NCBI GenBank assembly: GCA_964016885.1
Contig: OZ024742.1
Span: 207,142,001-207,206,000 of the forward strand
DNA: 64,000 nucleotides
Origin: Eledone cirrhosa
Lineage: Eukaryota
Direction: 5' to 3'
Shown one piece after another: positions 50,301-63,360 of the stretch. The notes beneath the pieces were generated by a model. The model ran no database searches. It was not told the origin of the DNA and saw only the letters and a program-made list of their open reading frames with translations. The position numbers and the translations under genes were made by a program. Numbering within the stretch: the first letter of the stretch is position 1; every line of letters begins with the position of its first letter.

Positions 50301-50753
50301 AAACTCTACAGGCATGGAGGTGCCGTCAGCCGGGCATGTCCGAGATGCGCGCAGGGCGACGAAACCGTCCTGCACGCACTCGTCCAGTGTCCGAAAATTG
50401 CTGACTTGTGGGTTTATGTCGAACACCTGCTGTCGCGTTTAGGACGGATCCGGCTATCATCTGAGTCCATCGTGATGATTACCCCGCCCTCCTCCTTTAG
50501 CCGGGAAGGGCAGGCAGTTTTTATCTGCCTGGTGGCCATGGCGAAAGAGATAGTATGGTGGACACGTTTGAAAGGGCTGAAGACGAGCACTTACCTCTTC
50601 GGTGATGCTCTGATTGACTTTTTCAAATTTCATTTGAAAAGGAAAATCAGAGTAGAGAGGGAAGTGCTCTCTTCCCAGCATTTTGTTGAAAGATGGGTGA
50701 GAGAAGCAAGAATGGCCCGAGTGAATGGGCCTACTCTGAGCATATATCTGTAA
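47334..50753 (+). CDS. Tx1-like ORF2: AP endonuclease, reverse transcriptase, C-terminal zinc-binding domain
   Basis: 1139 aa uninterrupted; SINARGL, AISET, VYAP, GDWN, SYLDR, TDH; KSPGLDG, FRPITLLN, KAFDRV, RQGCPLS, YADD; CPRC..HALVQC. Confidence 0.95.
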   Translation: MTSLRIGSINARGLGSSWKQGHLLNDLRSLNIDVVAISETRISEARAFAPIFGGYDVYASPSRPGSGGGVAVLFRRGLDLAIRAIFLDPEGKLVVLDVTSGDGQSFRLVAVYAPTGAGRPDFFRRLETFLGTSRSLVLVGDWNGILDARWDCVGLADRGGGCKSLTNLLRRFELSDRYRLDFPNVPMWTWTNRIGSSRSYLDRVFCREIDRSSIGCPQFKIVSYTDHKFVTCVLDLDRLHRRGPGYWKLNASLPARKAYRDRISELVKRALTGAIVNNKWWFALKRAIRIESIRFSKALAIEKNRAEGELVRKLDEALSKGIATDVLAAKLALDQFFNAKHEGCVVRARVRALRHEGTKAVQWARVAEARRGNKATIRSLVDHDGRMLLDPGQMCEAFQRHFAQLFGGSGGPGRGMDFSVYLDGLPRLSATEARCCEKPITAAEVREAMTGCTMGKSPGLDGLPYELYVQMPDLFGGLLADVYCNWQQNGRIPSSVSRGAVALLRKDPNKGDNIDNFRPITLLNTEFKILAKVLAKRLALVVGGLVGEAQTCAIPDRSIHDNLHLMRYIVERVAREPGTGGSLINLDQSKAFDRVDHRYLAAVLRAAGFGPVFRGWIAAMHSDICSVVRVNGHLSEPFNIMRSVRQGCPLSSLLYVLTLEPLLHKLETLRGVPRELGCGRSVSAYADDVTVVVSNAKHIEAIGTTLREYEAVTGAMINQEKSVGLQLGTWRGRSMPSNSVVGRWTDGPVKLLGVWFGPDLQTDKNWDEVTSRVASLTQKWAERKLSLKGRAEVANAYIASVICYRLTVVPCPKPRLTALERLLFRFLWKGRAPMVRRSICCQHPLRGGLGMPWLMMRRHALRLRHLHLFLDGDQVWSPFARRVFPQLVSLTELQSWVKRRPRGSAWRLECLQALTALDQSGNVIGGNSTSAFYRGLVEGKSDDVLGETLGVDENQLANLFGRTFGPGPMDNFQKSLAWQCYRGALPVRDKLYRHGGAVSRACPRCAQGDETVLHALVQCPKIADLWVYVEHLLSRLGRIRLSSESIVMITPPSSFSREGQAVFICLVAMAKEIVWWTRLKGLKTSTYLFGDALIDFFKFHLKRKIRVEREVLSSQHFVERWVREARMARVNGPTLSIYL

Positions 50754-51077
50754 ATTAAAGGTGGAAAACTGGGAGAGGGCACTTGCCTTGGTGGTCAGGG
50801 TCATTGTGGCTTTTTACTGGGCTTTCTCCACAAATGTCCCTCCGAAGTCTCCCCCCTATTGGGGAATCTTTCATTGTTATTTTCATTGTTATTTTTGTTA
50901 CATCCTCTGTTTTTGTTTTTTTTACACGCAGAAATGCCCATTTGTACCGTCCTGCATTGTCCTGCACTGTCCTTAATGTCTACTTTATGTAAACCCTTGT
51001 GGTTAATAAAGAAATCATTAATTAATAATTATTAATAGTGTTATTACCATTATTATTATTATTATTATTATTATTAC

Positions 51078-53920
51078 AGTTGCATTTATCTTGCTTTATG
51101 TTCATACGAGTTATCATCAAGTCACAACCAGTGACCTAAAGAGACAACAAGGTCCGCCATGTTCAAGGAAGAACATACATACTCACACATGCATCTTTAG
51201 TGTTTAGACTTGTGATGTACTTATATTGACAGAATCTTCCTTAGTATATGGGCAGTTCCCATTAGTACTATCGTTTGTATTTCTCCTATACGCGGGTTTC
51301 CTGGGATCTGCGATAAGTAATCATTAGACCCCTTAGGTATCATTCCTAGAGCGCCTACAACCACTGGTATTGTTTTAGTTCAAAATTTCCACATTTTTCC
51401 AATTTCTATCTCCAGGTCCTTATACTTGCTCAATTTTTCAAATGTTTTTATAGATACATTCTTGTCTATTGGAACAGACATATCAATTAGCAGGCATACC
51501 CTCTTTTTAAAGTCCTTCAATATTATATCAGGTCTATTTGCATCTATTTGTCGGTCTGTTTGGATGCTAAAGTTCCACAAGATTGAGATGTGATCTTTTT
51601 CAAGTATGGGAGGTGGTTGATGCTCCCACCAATTCTTTTGATGGGGCAGGTCAAAATGCTTACACATTATCCAATGTATGTATTGTGCAGCTCTGTCATG
51701 CCTGTTTAGGTATTCGGTTGGAGCTTTAAGACTGCACATTGAAATTATATGGTCAATCGTCTCTGGTTGTTTTTTGCATACACGGCATAATGGGCTGCAT
51801 CCATTTTTTATTATGTTGGCTTGGTAATTTTTTGTTGGCAGACACTGATCTTGTGCTGATATAATCAGTCCTTCAGTCTCCGATTTCAGTCCAGAGGATA
51901 TTTTGAAAATCTCTAAACATTTTTCAATCCAACTGTGTGGCAAACTATCGAATGCTTTTTTATAATCTATCCAAGCAATCGATAGATTTTTGTGTCTATT
52001 ATGACAATCTTCCAGTATCATTTTGTTAACCAGAAGCTGATCCTTACAGCCATATGAGCCTCGTTTACACCCTTTCTGCTCAATGGGAAATAGGTCATTT
52101 GTTATCAGGTGGTCATATGTGTATTCAGTTAGGACTGATGTTAAAATTTTATACATTGTGGTCAAGCAAGTTATCGGTCTGTAATTTTTGGGATTGTTTG
52201 TCTCATCATTCTTCGGAAGCAGGAATGTAATGCCGTTAACTAGCCATGATGGTATCTTTCTGGCTCCTTAACTATTTCATTGTAAAGTTGGGCTAACAGC
52301 TCATGAGACTCTGTGAAGGCATTTATCCAAAATTTTGTATTTTGTCTTTTCCTGGGGATTTTCATTTGCTGGTTTTTCTTAGAGCCAAGCGCAACTGTTC
52401 AACTGTTATATTTTCCCATATTTGTTCCTCAAGGTGAGCTGTATCTTTCATTTGTCTGTCTATCCATGGGGCATGTATGTTATGAACTTTTTCTTCGGCC
52501 CAGATCTTTTCCCAGAATTCTTGCACTTCCTCCTTGGTATTGATTTAGCAGTTATTGTTGACTTACCAATTTTTCTGTAGAAGTTTCTTTGGTTGTTTTT
52601 GAACATATTATTGTCCTTATAGAATCTAGATCGTTTTTCAAAGCGCCTTATACGAGCAGCTTTGGCCGACACTTTTTGCTTGATTATTTCTATTAGCATG
52701 TCTATGTCACATGTTGATTTTATACTGTACTTTTTTTTCAATTTTCTAAGTTTAGTTTGTTTAACAAGTTCACCTACTTTATAGTTTGTTAAAATTTCTA
52801 TGTCAGATCGGAGAAGGTTGATTTGGCGATTGATGTTCTCTTGCCAAGTAGATTTCTTGTGGGAATTCCTTTGTTTTTTCATCTTCACTCCACATAAGTG
52901 AGTGGTGACTTTAGCCGATGCATAATAGAGATGATTTAAATCAGTAATGTTTAGTTTGTTTGTGATGATAATGTTTTTGAGAATTATGTTAGTCTTGTGT
53001 ATTATCTTTTGGTTCTGTTTGGAGTTCTGGATCTTAGGGAGGGTGTCTCGTTGCCTCATGTCAGATTCTTTCATTTTCATCCATTCGATCATAATTTCAT
53101 CCTTCAAGTTGGCAAGTTCATTCTCATTCATTTCTTTATCATTTACGATCTCATTATTTTCATTTGGAGTTTCATCCTGAGCATGCACTCCCTCCACTTT
53201 TTCGATCCTTTCTTTAATTTGTTCTGTTGCCAGTGATTCCGCCCCAACCCTGGGGTTCGAAGTGTTACAGTTTACCTCGTTTTCACTGACACATGTTTCA
53301 TTTTTCCTTCGCTGACTTTGTGCTAATAGCTTGATCTGATCAATTTCTATATCAGTTAGTAACTTTTTTCTTACAATATTTCTTCGTATATTGGCTAGTT
53401 TGTTACTGTCAATATAGCCTCTGTTTTCGGGATATTTCTTTTTCCAGTTGATATATGTCTGTTCTGTATTTGATGTATTTGATGGGTAGTACATGGCAGT
53501 GTAGAAAGCCTCAAGGACTTCTTTATTATCTTCCCTTGACCATTTTTCTCTCTTTTTCTTTGGATTTCTTGGTGGTGAGCATGGAGGGCCAACTGTAGGA
53601 TTATTCCGGTTATGGGAGGTCTCCAGCTCCGAAGTGATGGGAAGGTTTGAACCATTAGCTGATTTTTCGACCCCAGTCTGGTTCCTCTCTGAGGGACGCG
53701 GCCCTTTTTTACCCGGGTGACGGCCGATCCGGTATGAGGATTTTATCATTAGACATTTACTTTATTTTGTCGCGTTTTATCCTTATCCGCCAAGGGGTAA
53801 TCATTTCGTGTTACCACTTCTAGAACGAGTGTCAACCAAGACTAGAGGGGCCGTTCTCCCCTAGAGACACGGCTATTCCCCGCCGGCCGCCATCCCGGTA
53901 TTTCTTGGTCACGGGGTTTT
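51078..53920 (-). mobile_element. Duplicate of R4/Dong-like A1
   Basis: ORFs 51380-52165 and 52460-53749 identical to those of A1. Confidence 0.9.
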
Positions 53921-55015
53921 CTTTTTGTTGTTTTTTTTAAATTGTTATTATCATGAGTGGTTCCTTAATGTGAGCATTGCGTGGCTTAAGAATGAAATTA
54001 TTAATAATTGTCTCCACTTCAGGCACAAGGCCAGCAATCACCCAGTGCATTACAATAATATAATATACTTTTTGCTGTAGTTGCCTGTCATTGTTGTTGG
54101 CTATGTCAGTGGTGGTGCCGGGGCTTTTTATATTGTTGGTGAGGAAGGGGTAAGCTAGCAGTCCCATAGTTGTTGATGTTGACGTTTGGCCGGTGGCCAG
54201 GTCACTAAGTCAATCTATTTATATCTTTTGCTAGCCTCTCCCTTGTCTAGTGATACCGCCACCTTCCCCTTTCTCTCTCAAGTTAACAGGGGAATAGTGG
54301 TGGTAGCAATGAAGGAGTGGTGGCGGCGGTGATGGGATAGTGGTAGCAAGATGATGGATGGGGTGGTGGCGGCGGTGGCTTTGTGGTTACTGGGTTTTGT
54401 GATATGTAGTATCTATGAGTTTGTGTTCGTATGTTTAATATATATTGTGTTGACATATTCCCGTAAAATTGGAATTAAACATTTTGTTAAAATTTCAGAC
54501 AATAATAATAGTAATTATTATTATCATGCCGGGATTGATGGTGGTGGTGGTGTATCAACTTTCTGGTGTTGGTGAAATTGCTGTTATTTGGCTGTTCTAT
54601 ATAGTGTAGACAGAGGGTGTTTTCTTCCATTTATAACCATCTTCTTTTTTTTGAATACAAAATATATAATACAAAATTGAATATTTGAGCGATATAACAA
54701 TATAATATGGATCCGAAATTTTATGGGACTTCATTCGGTTGATTATGCAACATTTGTACTAAAAATTGTTATTTCACAATTGATTTAAATATGTTAAAAA
54801 TCAAAAACTTACGGGAGCGATTTCATGACCTTCTACCACCTCGTGCGTCTTCTTCCCTTATTCATTTGGAGTTTCATCGTGAGCATGCTCTCGTTGTTTT
54901 TTCATATATGAATGAAGTTCGGTTGGCTGATGCAGTCACGTGAATAAGCACATCAGCTTTCGCGCCAGTTTGTTTGAATTACTTTTTACTTTTAACTTAT
55001 TATTATTATTATTAT

Positions 55016-57314
55016 TTGCATTTATCTTGCTTTATGTTTATACGAGTTATCACCAAGTCACAACCAGTGACCTCAAGAGACAACAAGGTCCGCCATGTTC
55101 AAGAAAGAACACACATATTCACACATGCATCCTTAGTGTTTAGACTTGTGATGTACTTATATTGACAGGATCTTCCTTAGTATATGGGCAGTTCCCATTA
55201 GTACTATCTTTTGTATTTCTCCTATACGCGGGTTTCCTGGGATTTGCGATAAGTAGTCGTTAGACCCCTTAGGTATCATTCCCAGAGCGCCTACAACCAC
55301 TGGTATTGTTTTAGTTCTCAATTTCCACATTTTTCCAATTTCTATCTCCAGGTCCTTATACTTGCTCAATTTTTCAAATGTTTTTATAGATACATTCTTG
55401 CCTATTGGAACAGACATATCAATTAGCAGGCATACCCTCCTTTGAAAGTCCTTCAATATTATATCAGGTCTATTTGCATCTATTTTTCGGTCTGTTTGGA
55501 TGCTAAAGTTCCACAAGATTGAGATGTGATCTTTTTCAAGTATGGGAGGTGGTTGATGCTCCCACCAATTCTTTTGATGGGGCAGGTCAAAATGCTTGCA
55601 CATTATCCAATGTATGTATTGTGCAGCTCTGTCATGCCTGTTTAGGTATTCGGTTGGAGCTATAGGACTGCACATTGAAATTATATGGTCAATGGTCTCT
55701 GGTTGTTTTTTGCATACACGGCATAATGGGCTGCACCCATTTTTTATCATGTTGGCTTGGTAATTTTTTGTTGGCAGACACTGATCTTGTGCGGATATAA
55801 TCAGTCCTTCAGTCTCCGATTTCAGTCCAGAGGATGCCAACCACTGATGGGTTAAAGTTTTGTCAACATCAGGATTGTTAGCTCGCTCTGGGTATTTTCC
55901 ACACAGAGGCTTTTCTTGCCATTTCTTAGCCAGTTTCTGTAGCAGTTCTTTCTTTGCAGTTACTTTTACCTGCTTTGCTTTTTCTGTGTTTTCCATTTCA
56001 GCAGTAAATGGGACTTCTGAAATTTGTAGTCCATTACTGTATCTTTGTGCATCTTTTGTAATGGAATATGATCTTTTGGTGCTTTCGTGTTTCAAAACGA
56101 GTTTGATCATCCAATCATGTGATTCCCTTAGATATGTGGATAATCCAATTGTTGCAGTTTTCAACGCAATGTCTAACTGGATTAACCCACGTCCTCCTTC
56201 TTTCCTAGGGAGATATATTCTATCTATGTCTGCCTTAGGGTGATGCATTCTGTGCATGGTTAATAATTTTCGGATTTTTGTATCGAGCCTACGGATCTCT
56301 GTGCTTGACCAGTTGATGACATTGTAACTGTAGGTTACTACTGGTATGGCAAGCGTGTTTATGGCATCGATCCTATTCCTTGCATTCAATTCCGTTCTTA
56401 AGATTGCTCTGACTCTGCGGTAACATTCCTTCCTTATCCTTTCCCTCATTGTCGAGTGCTTGATTCCGTCTCCTTCACAAACACCTAGATATTTGTAAGT
56501 TTGTTCTTGATCAAGCTCTCTTATCACGTTCCCCCGATCAAGATTAATGTCTGAACTCTTCAGCAGCTTTCCTCTGGTGAACGTTGCTTTGGCGCATTTA
56601 TCCAGTCCAAACTCCATTTTAATGTCATCACTGAACTGCTTCACAGAGGATAATAGCCCTTGCAATTGTTCATCATTTTTTACAAATAGTTTCAGGTCAT
56701 CCATGTAGAACAGGTGATTAATGGTTTTGTCATAGACTCTATATCCATGTTTTGTTTCATTGAGCATTTTACTTAATGGTATAAGTGCGATGCAGAATAA
56801 AAGCGGTGATAAAGAGTCACCCTGAAAAATTCCACAATTAATGTTAACTTCTCCAGCTTCCAGTGATTTTGTTTCACTATTCAAAAGGAGTGTCGTTCTC
56901 CATGTCCTCATACTGAATGACAAAAACCTCCTGATAACGGGGGATATTTTGAAAATCTCTAAACATTTTTCAATCCAACTGTGTGGCAAACTATCAAATG
57001 CTTTTTTATAATCTATCCAAGCAATCGATAGATTTTTGTGTCTATTATGACAATCTTCCAGTATCATTTTGTTAACCAGAAGCTGATCCTTACAGCCATA
57101 TGAGCCTCGTTTACACCCTTTCTGCTCAATGGGAAATAGGTCATTTGTTATCAGGTGGTCTTATGTGTATTCAGTTAGGACTGATGTTAAAATTTTATAC
57201 ATTGTGGTCAAGCAGGTTATCGGTCTGTAATTTTTGGGATTGTTTGTCTCATCATTCTTCGGTAGCAGGAATGTAATGCCGTTAACTAGCCATGATGGTA
57301 TCTTTTCTGGCTCC

Positions 57315-57318
<4 letters not shown>
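55016..57318 (-). mobile_element. Duplicate of R4/Dong-like A2
   Basis: Same boundaries at +19750. Confidence 0.92.
55157..57067 (-). CDS. RT plus RLE partial ORF (duplicate)
   Basis: 636 aa identical to 35407-37317. Confidence 0.88.
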   Translation of the reverse strand: MILEDCHNRHKNLSIAWIDYKKAFDSLPHSWIEKCLEIFKISPVIRRFLSFSMRTWRTTLLLNSETKSLEAGEVNINCGIFQGDSLSPLLFCIALIPLSKMLNETKHGYRVYDKTINHLFYMDDLKLFVKNDEQLQGLLSSVKQFSDDIKMEFGLDKCAKATFTRGKLLKSSDINLDRGNVIRELDQEQTYKYLGVCEGDGIKHSTMRERIRKECYRRVRAILRTELNARNRIDAINTLAIPVVTYSYNVINWSSTEIRRLDTKIRKLLTMHRMHHPKADIDRIYLPRKEGGRGLIQLDIALKTATIGLSTYLRESHDWMIKLVLKHESTKRSYSITKDAQRYSNGLQISEVPFTAEMENTEKAKQVKVTAKKELLQKLAKKWQEKPLCGKYPERANNPDVDKTLTHQWLASSGLKSETEGLIISAQDQCLPTKNYQANMIKNGCSPLCRVCKKQPETIDHIISMCSPIAPTEYLNRHDRAAQYIHWIMCKHFDLPHQKNWWEHQPPPILEKDHISILWNFSIQTDRKIDANRPDIILKDFQRRVCLLIDMSVPIGKNVSIKTFEKLSKYKDLEIEIGKMWKLRTKTIPVVVGALGMIPKGSNDYLSQIPGNPRIGEIQKIVLMGTAHILRKILSI

Positions 57319-57379
<61 letters not shown>

Positions 57380-57387
57380 GTTGTTAT

Positions 57388-59439
57388 TCCTTGAATCTCA
57401 GTCATTGATGTTGGTTAACTGGAAAGTCCGTTGGAATGAATATCAAGCCACTACCTGCAGCCTCAGATATTCAGGACGTATCGGAGGGTTCTTGCTGTTC
57501 CAAGCAAGCATGCCTTTTGAAGCGTTCCAAAAAGCGTGAAGGGGCCGATTTTCTTTAACCATCCCTGGAAACTTTTGGAGATAGTCCCCAGTGCGCCTAT
57601 GACAATCGGGATCACTTTGACTTCATGGAAGTTCCAAATCCTTTTCACCTCCCACTTTAGGTCCTGGTATCGGTTAATTTTCTCCCTCTCCTTCTCTTGC
57701 ACTCTCGTGTCGAAAGGGCAGGCCACATCCACAATCAGACACAATCTTTTTTCTTTGTCCACAACCACCATGTCAGGTCTATTGTGTTCCAGTTTTTTGT
57801 CCGTCTGTATCCTAAAATCTCACAGCACCTTCACCTGATTGTTCTCCATCACCACCTCTGGCCTATGCTCATACCATTTCTCAGAATGTGGTAAATTGTT
57901 TACTTTGCATAGGTGCCAGTGGATCACCCTGCCCATCACATCGTGTCTCCAGCCCTTATAGTGGGTCTGGGCTAGGTGTTTACACTCGGACACAATGTGA
58001 GCCACAGTCTCCTCTCTCTCTACACAGATCCTGCACAGTGGGCTAGCCTCCTCCTTGTAAATATGGTGCTTCAACCACTTCGTTTTGAGGGCCTGCTCTT
58101 GCGCAGCCATTAGCATTCCTTCTGTAGCCTTTTTGAGGTCTCCTCTTCTCAACCAGTTCCATGTCTGTGGATCTCTAAATTCAGTTTTCTCAAAGAAGGT
58201 ACTATGAAGGGATTTTCCCTTAAGGCTGCTCTTCCTCCTTGATGTTATTTCCTCCTTGGACATCCCCTGGCCTACTGTCCCCTCCTTCAGAACAGTTCTG
58301 AGCATTGGCTCCTTACTATAGGTCACGTATTTGTATAGGTTGTTTTTCTCCATCTGAACACAGTCCTCTATGCTGATAAGACCTCTTCCACCCTCAGATC
58401 ACCTTAGGTAGAGTCTATCGACATCACTCCTCTTGTGGAACATGTTGTAGATAGTCAATAGCTTCCTAGTCTTCCTATCCATTTCTTTTTGTACAGTAAC
58501 ATTCCATCTCAGAATTCCCGCACTGTACCTAATAATAGACACAGCTCGGGAATTTACTGCGCTTATGGCATTTCTGCTGTTCAGATATGACTTCAATACG
58601 CTCCTTATTCTCCGAATGTATTCAGTTCTTAACAATTCCTTCATTTTTTTGTTCTTTATGCCATCAGCCTCCAGAACGCCCAAATACTTGTATCCTTCCT
58701 CGGAGTCAATTTCCTTTATCACCTCACCTGTTGGTATCTGGATCCCTCAACCTACCCCTCCTCATCACAATGACTCCACATTTACTAATACCAAACTGCA
58801 TACATATATCACTGCTGAAAATACGGACAGTGTCAACAAGCACATCCAACTCCTTCTCACTTTTCCCGAAGAGCTTAAGATCGTCCATGAAGAGGAGGTG
58901 ATAGATGGTAAGCTCTCCCTTTCCCAACTTGTATCCTGCTCTCACTTTTCGCAGCATAATGGTCAAGGGCATCAGGGCAAGGACAAACAACAGAGGGGAC
59001 AGGCTATCTCCCTGGAAGATACCTCTCTTGATCTTCACGCTTCCCAAGGATACTCCTGTTGATGTCAACTCTGTCTCCCAGGACCCCATACTCCTGCCCA
59101 GCAACTGTCTGATGTTATCTGCCACCCTGAAGATCTCCAGGCTTTTGGTGATCCAAGAATGAGGCACCATGTCAAATGCCTTTATGTAGTCTATCCATCC
59201 CATGGCAAGATCAGTGTGTCTCCTCCTGCAATTCCCCATTACAATCTTATCAATAAGTAACTGGTCCTTTGTACCACGTGACTTCTTTCGGCATCCTTTC
59301 TGTTCGTCCGGTAACAAGTTGTTTGTGTGGAGGTGATGGTAGATTTCCTCAGACACAATGCTCGTCAACAGTTTCCACATTACGGGCAGACATGTGATAG
59401 GTCTATAGTTGGTAACATCATTACCATTGATTCGGTCTT

Positions 59440-59448
<9 letters not shown>
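57388..59448 (-). mobile_element. Duplicate of R4/Dong-like B1
   Basis: Same ORF fragments at +19750. Confidence 0.92.
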
Positions 59449-59470
<22 letters not shown>

Positions 59471-59492
59471 TGTTATTATTGTTATTGTTATT

Positions 59493-62400
59493 CCTTGAAT
59501 CTCAGTCATTGATGTTGGTTAACTGGAAAGTCCGTTGGATTGAATATCAAGCCACTACCTGCAGCCTCAGATATTCAGGACGTATCGGAGGGTTCTTGCT
59601 GTTCCAAGCAAGCATGCCTTTTGAAGCGTTCCAAAAAGCGTGAAGGGGCCGATTTTCTTTAACCATCCCTGGAAACCTTTGGAGATAGTCCCCAGTGCGC
59701 CTATGACAATCGGGATCACTTTGACTTCATGGCAATTCCAAATCCTTTTCACCTCCCACTTTAGGTCCTGGTATCGGTTAATTTTCTCCCTCTCCTTCTC
59801 TTGCACTCTCGTGTCGAACGGGCAGGCCACATCCACAATCAGGCACGATCTTTTTTCTTTGTCCACAACCACCAGGTCAGGTCTATTGTGTTCCAGTTTT
59901 TTGTCCGTCTGTATCCTAAAATCCCACAGCACCTTCACCTGACTGTTCTCCATCACCGCCTCTGGCCTATGCTCATACCATTTCTCAGAATGTGGTAGAT
60001 TGTTTACTTTGCACAGGTGCCAGTGGATCACCCTGCCCATCACATCGTGTCTCCAGCCCTTATAGTGGGTCTGGGCTAGGTGTTTACACTCGGACACAAT
60101 GTGAGCCACAGTCTCCTCTCTCTCTCCACAGATCCTGCACAGTGGGCTAGCCTCCTCCTTGTAGATATGGTGCTTCAACCACTTCGTTTTGAGGGCCTGC
60201 TCCTGCGCAGCCATTAGCATTCCTTCTGTAGCCTTTTTGAGGTCTCCTCTTCTCAACCAGTTCCATGTCTGTGGATCTCTAAATTCAGTTTTCTCAAAGA
60301 AGGTACTATGAAGGGATTTTCCCTTAAGGCTGCTCTTCCTCCTTGATGTTATTTCCTCCTTGGACATCCCCTGGCCTACTGTCCCCTCCTTCAGTACAGT
60401 TCTGAGCATTGGCTCCTTACTATAGGTCACGTATTTGTATAGGTTGTTTTTCTCCATCTGAACACAGTCCTCTATGCTGATAAGACCTCTTCCACCCTCA
60501 GATCTCCTGAGGTAGAGTCTATCGACATCACTCCTCTTGTGGAACATGTTGTAGATAGTCAATAGCTTCCTAGTCTTCCTATCCATTTCTTTTTGTTCAG
60601 CAACATTCCATCTCAGAATTCCCGCACTGTACCTAATAATAGACACAGCTCGGGAATTTACTGCGCTTATGGCATTTCTGCTGTTCAGATGTGACTTCAA
60701 TACGCTCCTTACTCTCCGAATGTATTCAGTTCTTAACAATTCCTTCATTTTTTTGTTCTTTATGCCATCAGCCTCCAGAACGCCCAAATACTTGTATCCT
60801 TCCTCAGAGTCAATTTCCTTTATCATCTCACCTGTTGGTATCTGGATCCCGTTACTTCTGCTCAACCTACCCCTCTTCATCACAATGACTCCACATTTAC
60901 CAATACCAAACTGCATACATATATCACTGCTGAAAATACGGACAGTGTCAACAAGCACATCCAACTCCTTCTCACTTTTCCCGAAGAGCTTAAGATCGTC
61001 CATGAAGAGGAGGTGATTGATGGTAAGCTCTCCCCTTGCCAACTTGTATCCTGCTCTCACTTTTCGCAGCATAATGGTCAAGGGCATCAGGGCAAGGACA
61101 AACAACAGAGGGGACAGGCTATCTCCCTGGAAGATACCTCTCTTGATCTTCACGCTTCCCAAGGATACTCCAGTTGATGTCAACTCTGTCTCCCAGGACC
61201 CCATACTCCTGCCCAGCAACTGTCTGATGTGATCTGCCACCCTGAAGACCTCCAGGCTTTTGGTGATCCAGGAATGAGGCACCATGTCAAATGCCTTTCT
61301 GTAGTCTATCCATCCCATGGCAAGATCAGTGTGTCTCCTCCTGCAATTCCCCATTACCATCTTATCAATAAGCAACTGGTCCTTTGTACCACGTGACTTC
61401 TTTCGGCATCCTTTCTGTTCGTCCGGTAACAAGTTGTTTGTGTGGAGATGATGGTAGATTTCCTCAGACACAATGCTCGTCAACAGTTTCCACATTACGG
61501 GCAGACATGTGATAGGTCTATAGTTGGTAACATCATTACCCTTGATTCAGTCTTTCATTATCAGAACTGTGGTACCTTTTGTCAACCACTCTGGCACCTC
61601 ACCCGACACCAAGCAGTCATTGAACATGGCCGTCAGCTTCGGGTGGAGGGATGTTAAATGTTTAATCCAATACCCCTGCACACCATCTGGGCCTGGTGAT
61701 TTCCAGTTGGTTAGTTTTTTGGCTTGCCCCTTAAGAGTTTCAACTGTGATACTCAAATCAGTCTGTTGTTGTGCCTTCTCACCGATCTCCCTCTGTACTG
61801 TCTCAATCCACCCTGCCTGGGCATTGTGTCTAACATCCTGCTCCCATATTCCTCTCCAGAATGTTTTAGCTTGTTCCGCCCCAGGGATCAAGTCGTTGCC
61901 TCTTTCTTTCCCCTCAAGCTGTCCAAACAGCATCTTCTGGTTGTTGTCGAACATGCGGTTCTGTTTATACTGACTGACTCTGTTCTCGTATCGCCTGATT
62001 TTGGCACTCTTTGCTACAATGCGTTGCTTCAATTCCTCTATGATAATATTTAGCTTTTTACTCCTAGTTTTGTATTTTATTTCCAGTCTATTTTTAGTGC
62101 CTATGTTTTTTAGTGTCCCATTCAGTAGTGACTCAAGCTTTCCTATGTCATTTCTCATTTCCCCGATTTGCCCACTCAGTCGCTTCTTCCACCACGGCTC
62201 TGCTCTTTCTTGTCTGTTGTTTCCTCTCGCTTTTATACCAAGTAGTTTCCTCACCGTATTTGCTGTTGCTTTGAGGATATTGTTGCACTGGTGAAGACTC
62301 CTCGCCTCATGGTATGGGATGACTTTGTTTACCTTAGCTGTTGTTTCTTTTAACTTTTTCCTGTCTACAAATCTTAGGTTCATAGGTCTCCCACTATCAT

Positions 62401-63360
62401 TGTTCAATTCATCTACCACTAGATTTAGGATGTCAACCGAATCTTGTCCTAGCCCGTCAGCATTCATCTCCTCAGTGGCCGTATCTCTGTTCCAGGTATT
62501 ATTTATCTCAGTATTCAGATCATTGTCTGCTTCGGGTGGTTCCTCCGTTCTCAGGACCTCCTCACCTTCATTTCCCACCGGCTCGCTTGTCTGGCATACT
62601 ACACCCGCCATCTCCAAGCCATTCTCTCTGCTCAGTTCCTCCAGTTCCAGCTCGCTTATCCACCCATTAGTTCTTATTACCCGAGCCTGCCCGGCCAATT
62701 TTTGTTCATCTAATTTAAATAAACCAATCTCGTTCCAGATGTTATGCATCCGTCTCCTGTAGCCCCTCTCCTTGGGGTTACTTTTCAGGTAGCATTGCAT
62801 AACAGTTCTATTCAATTCTTTCGTCCAGTTGGTTCTGGCCCCTTTCCTTCTTCTTCTTCCTCCAACATCAGCAGTATTTGGATGACAGTCAGGTTCCTGC
62901 TGCTGAGCCAGGGGGCACCTGTTGGGTGAGAGTCTGTCACATGACGTTCTAGTCTCCATTTCACCGTTATTCGAACTGTTTATGTTCGATATTTAAACAC
63001 TCTTATCGAGGATTGGCGAATGTATGTTTACATAGCCATCTGTGGATCCGCCATCCCACTTGGCCCTTGTGTGGCATTATCACCACGCTGTATACGAACA
63101 CACATAAACAAACAAACACACGGGCAGAAAGGGCCCCAAAAATGAATAAGCATAAGTTTCATTTTAATGTAGTATTCGAATGTCTGACTTAGTTTTTGTT
63201 TTTTAAGTTTTACTTTTTCCCCCCTCTTCTCTGTCCGTCCGCCTGCTTTTCTCTTCATTCTTATTTTCTTTACGTTTTTGGGGTTTCTTTTTTTGTTTTT
63301 GTTTTTCTCTGTTTTTCTCGTTTTTTACTGTTGTTGCTGTGCTGCTTTTGTTGTTTGTTT
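59493..63360 (-). mobile_element. Duplicate of R4/Dong-like B2 with a variant 5' end
   Basis: Identical ORFs; 5'-most ~120 bp differ and no (TAA)n lies upstream. Confidence 0.9.
59567..62959 (-). pseudogene. Full-length family B ORF with the same single TGA (61547-61549)
   Basis: The 470-aa and 642-aa ORFs are in frame. Confidence 0.9.

Larger units (their letters stand above)
44993..51015 (+). mobile_element. Intact Tx1/L1-clade non-LTR retrotransposon
   Basis: Structured 5' UTR, ORF1, 35-bp spacer, APE-RT ORF2, 3' UTR ending aataaagaaat. Confidence 0.92.
51016..63360. repeat. Long direct repeat, copy 2
   Basis: Matches 31266 onward at offset 19750; first difference noticed at ~63249. Confidence 0.95.

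Noticed and set aside
32563-62929. Short ORFs antisense to or overlapping the retrotransposon ORFs
   Set aside because: Shadow frames with no independent motifs.
31266-63360. The 12-kb repeats as LTRs of a giant element
   Set aside because: No TG..CA ends, PBS, PPT, integrase or outer TSD; the repeats consist of LINE copies.
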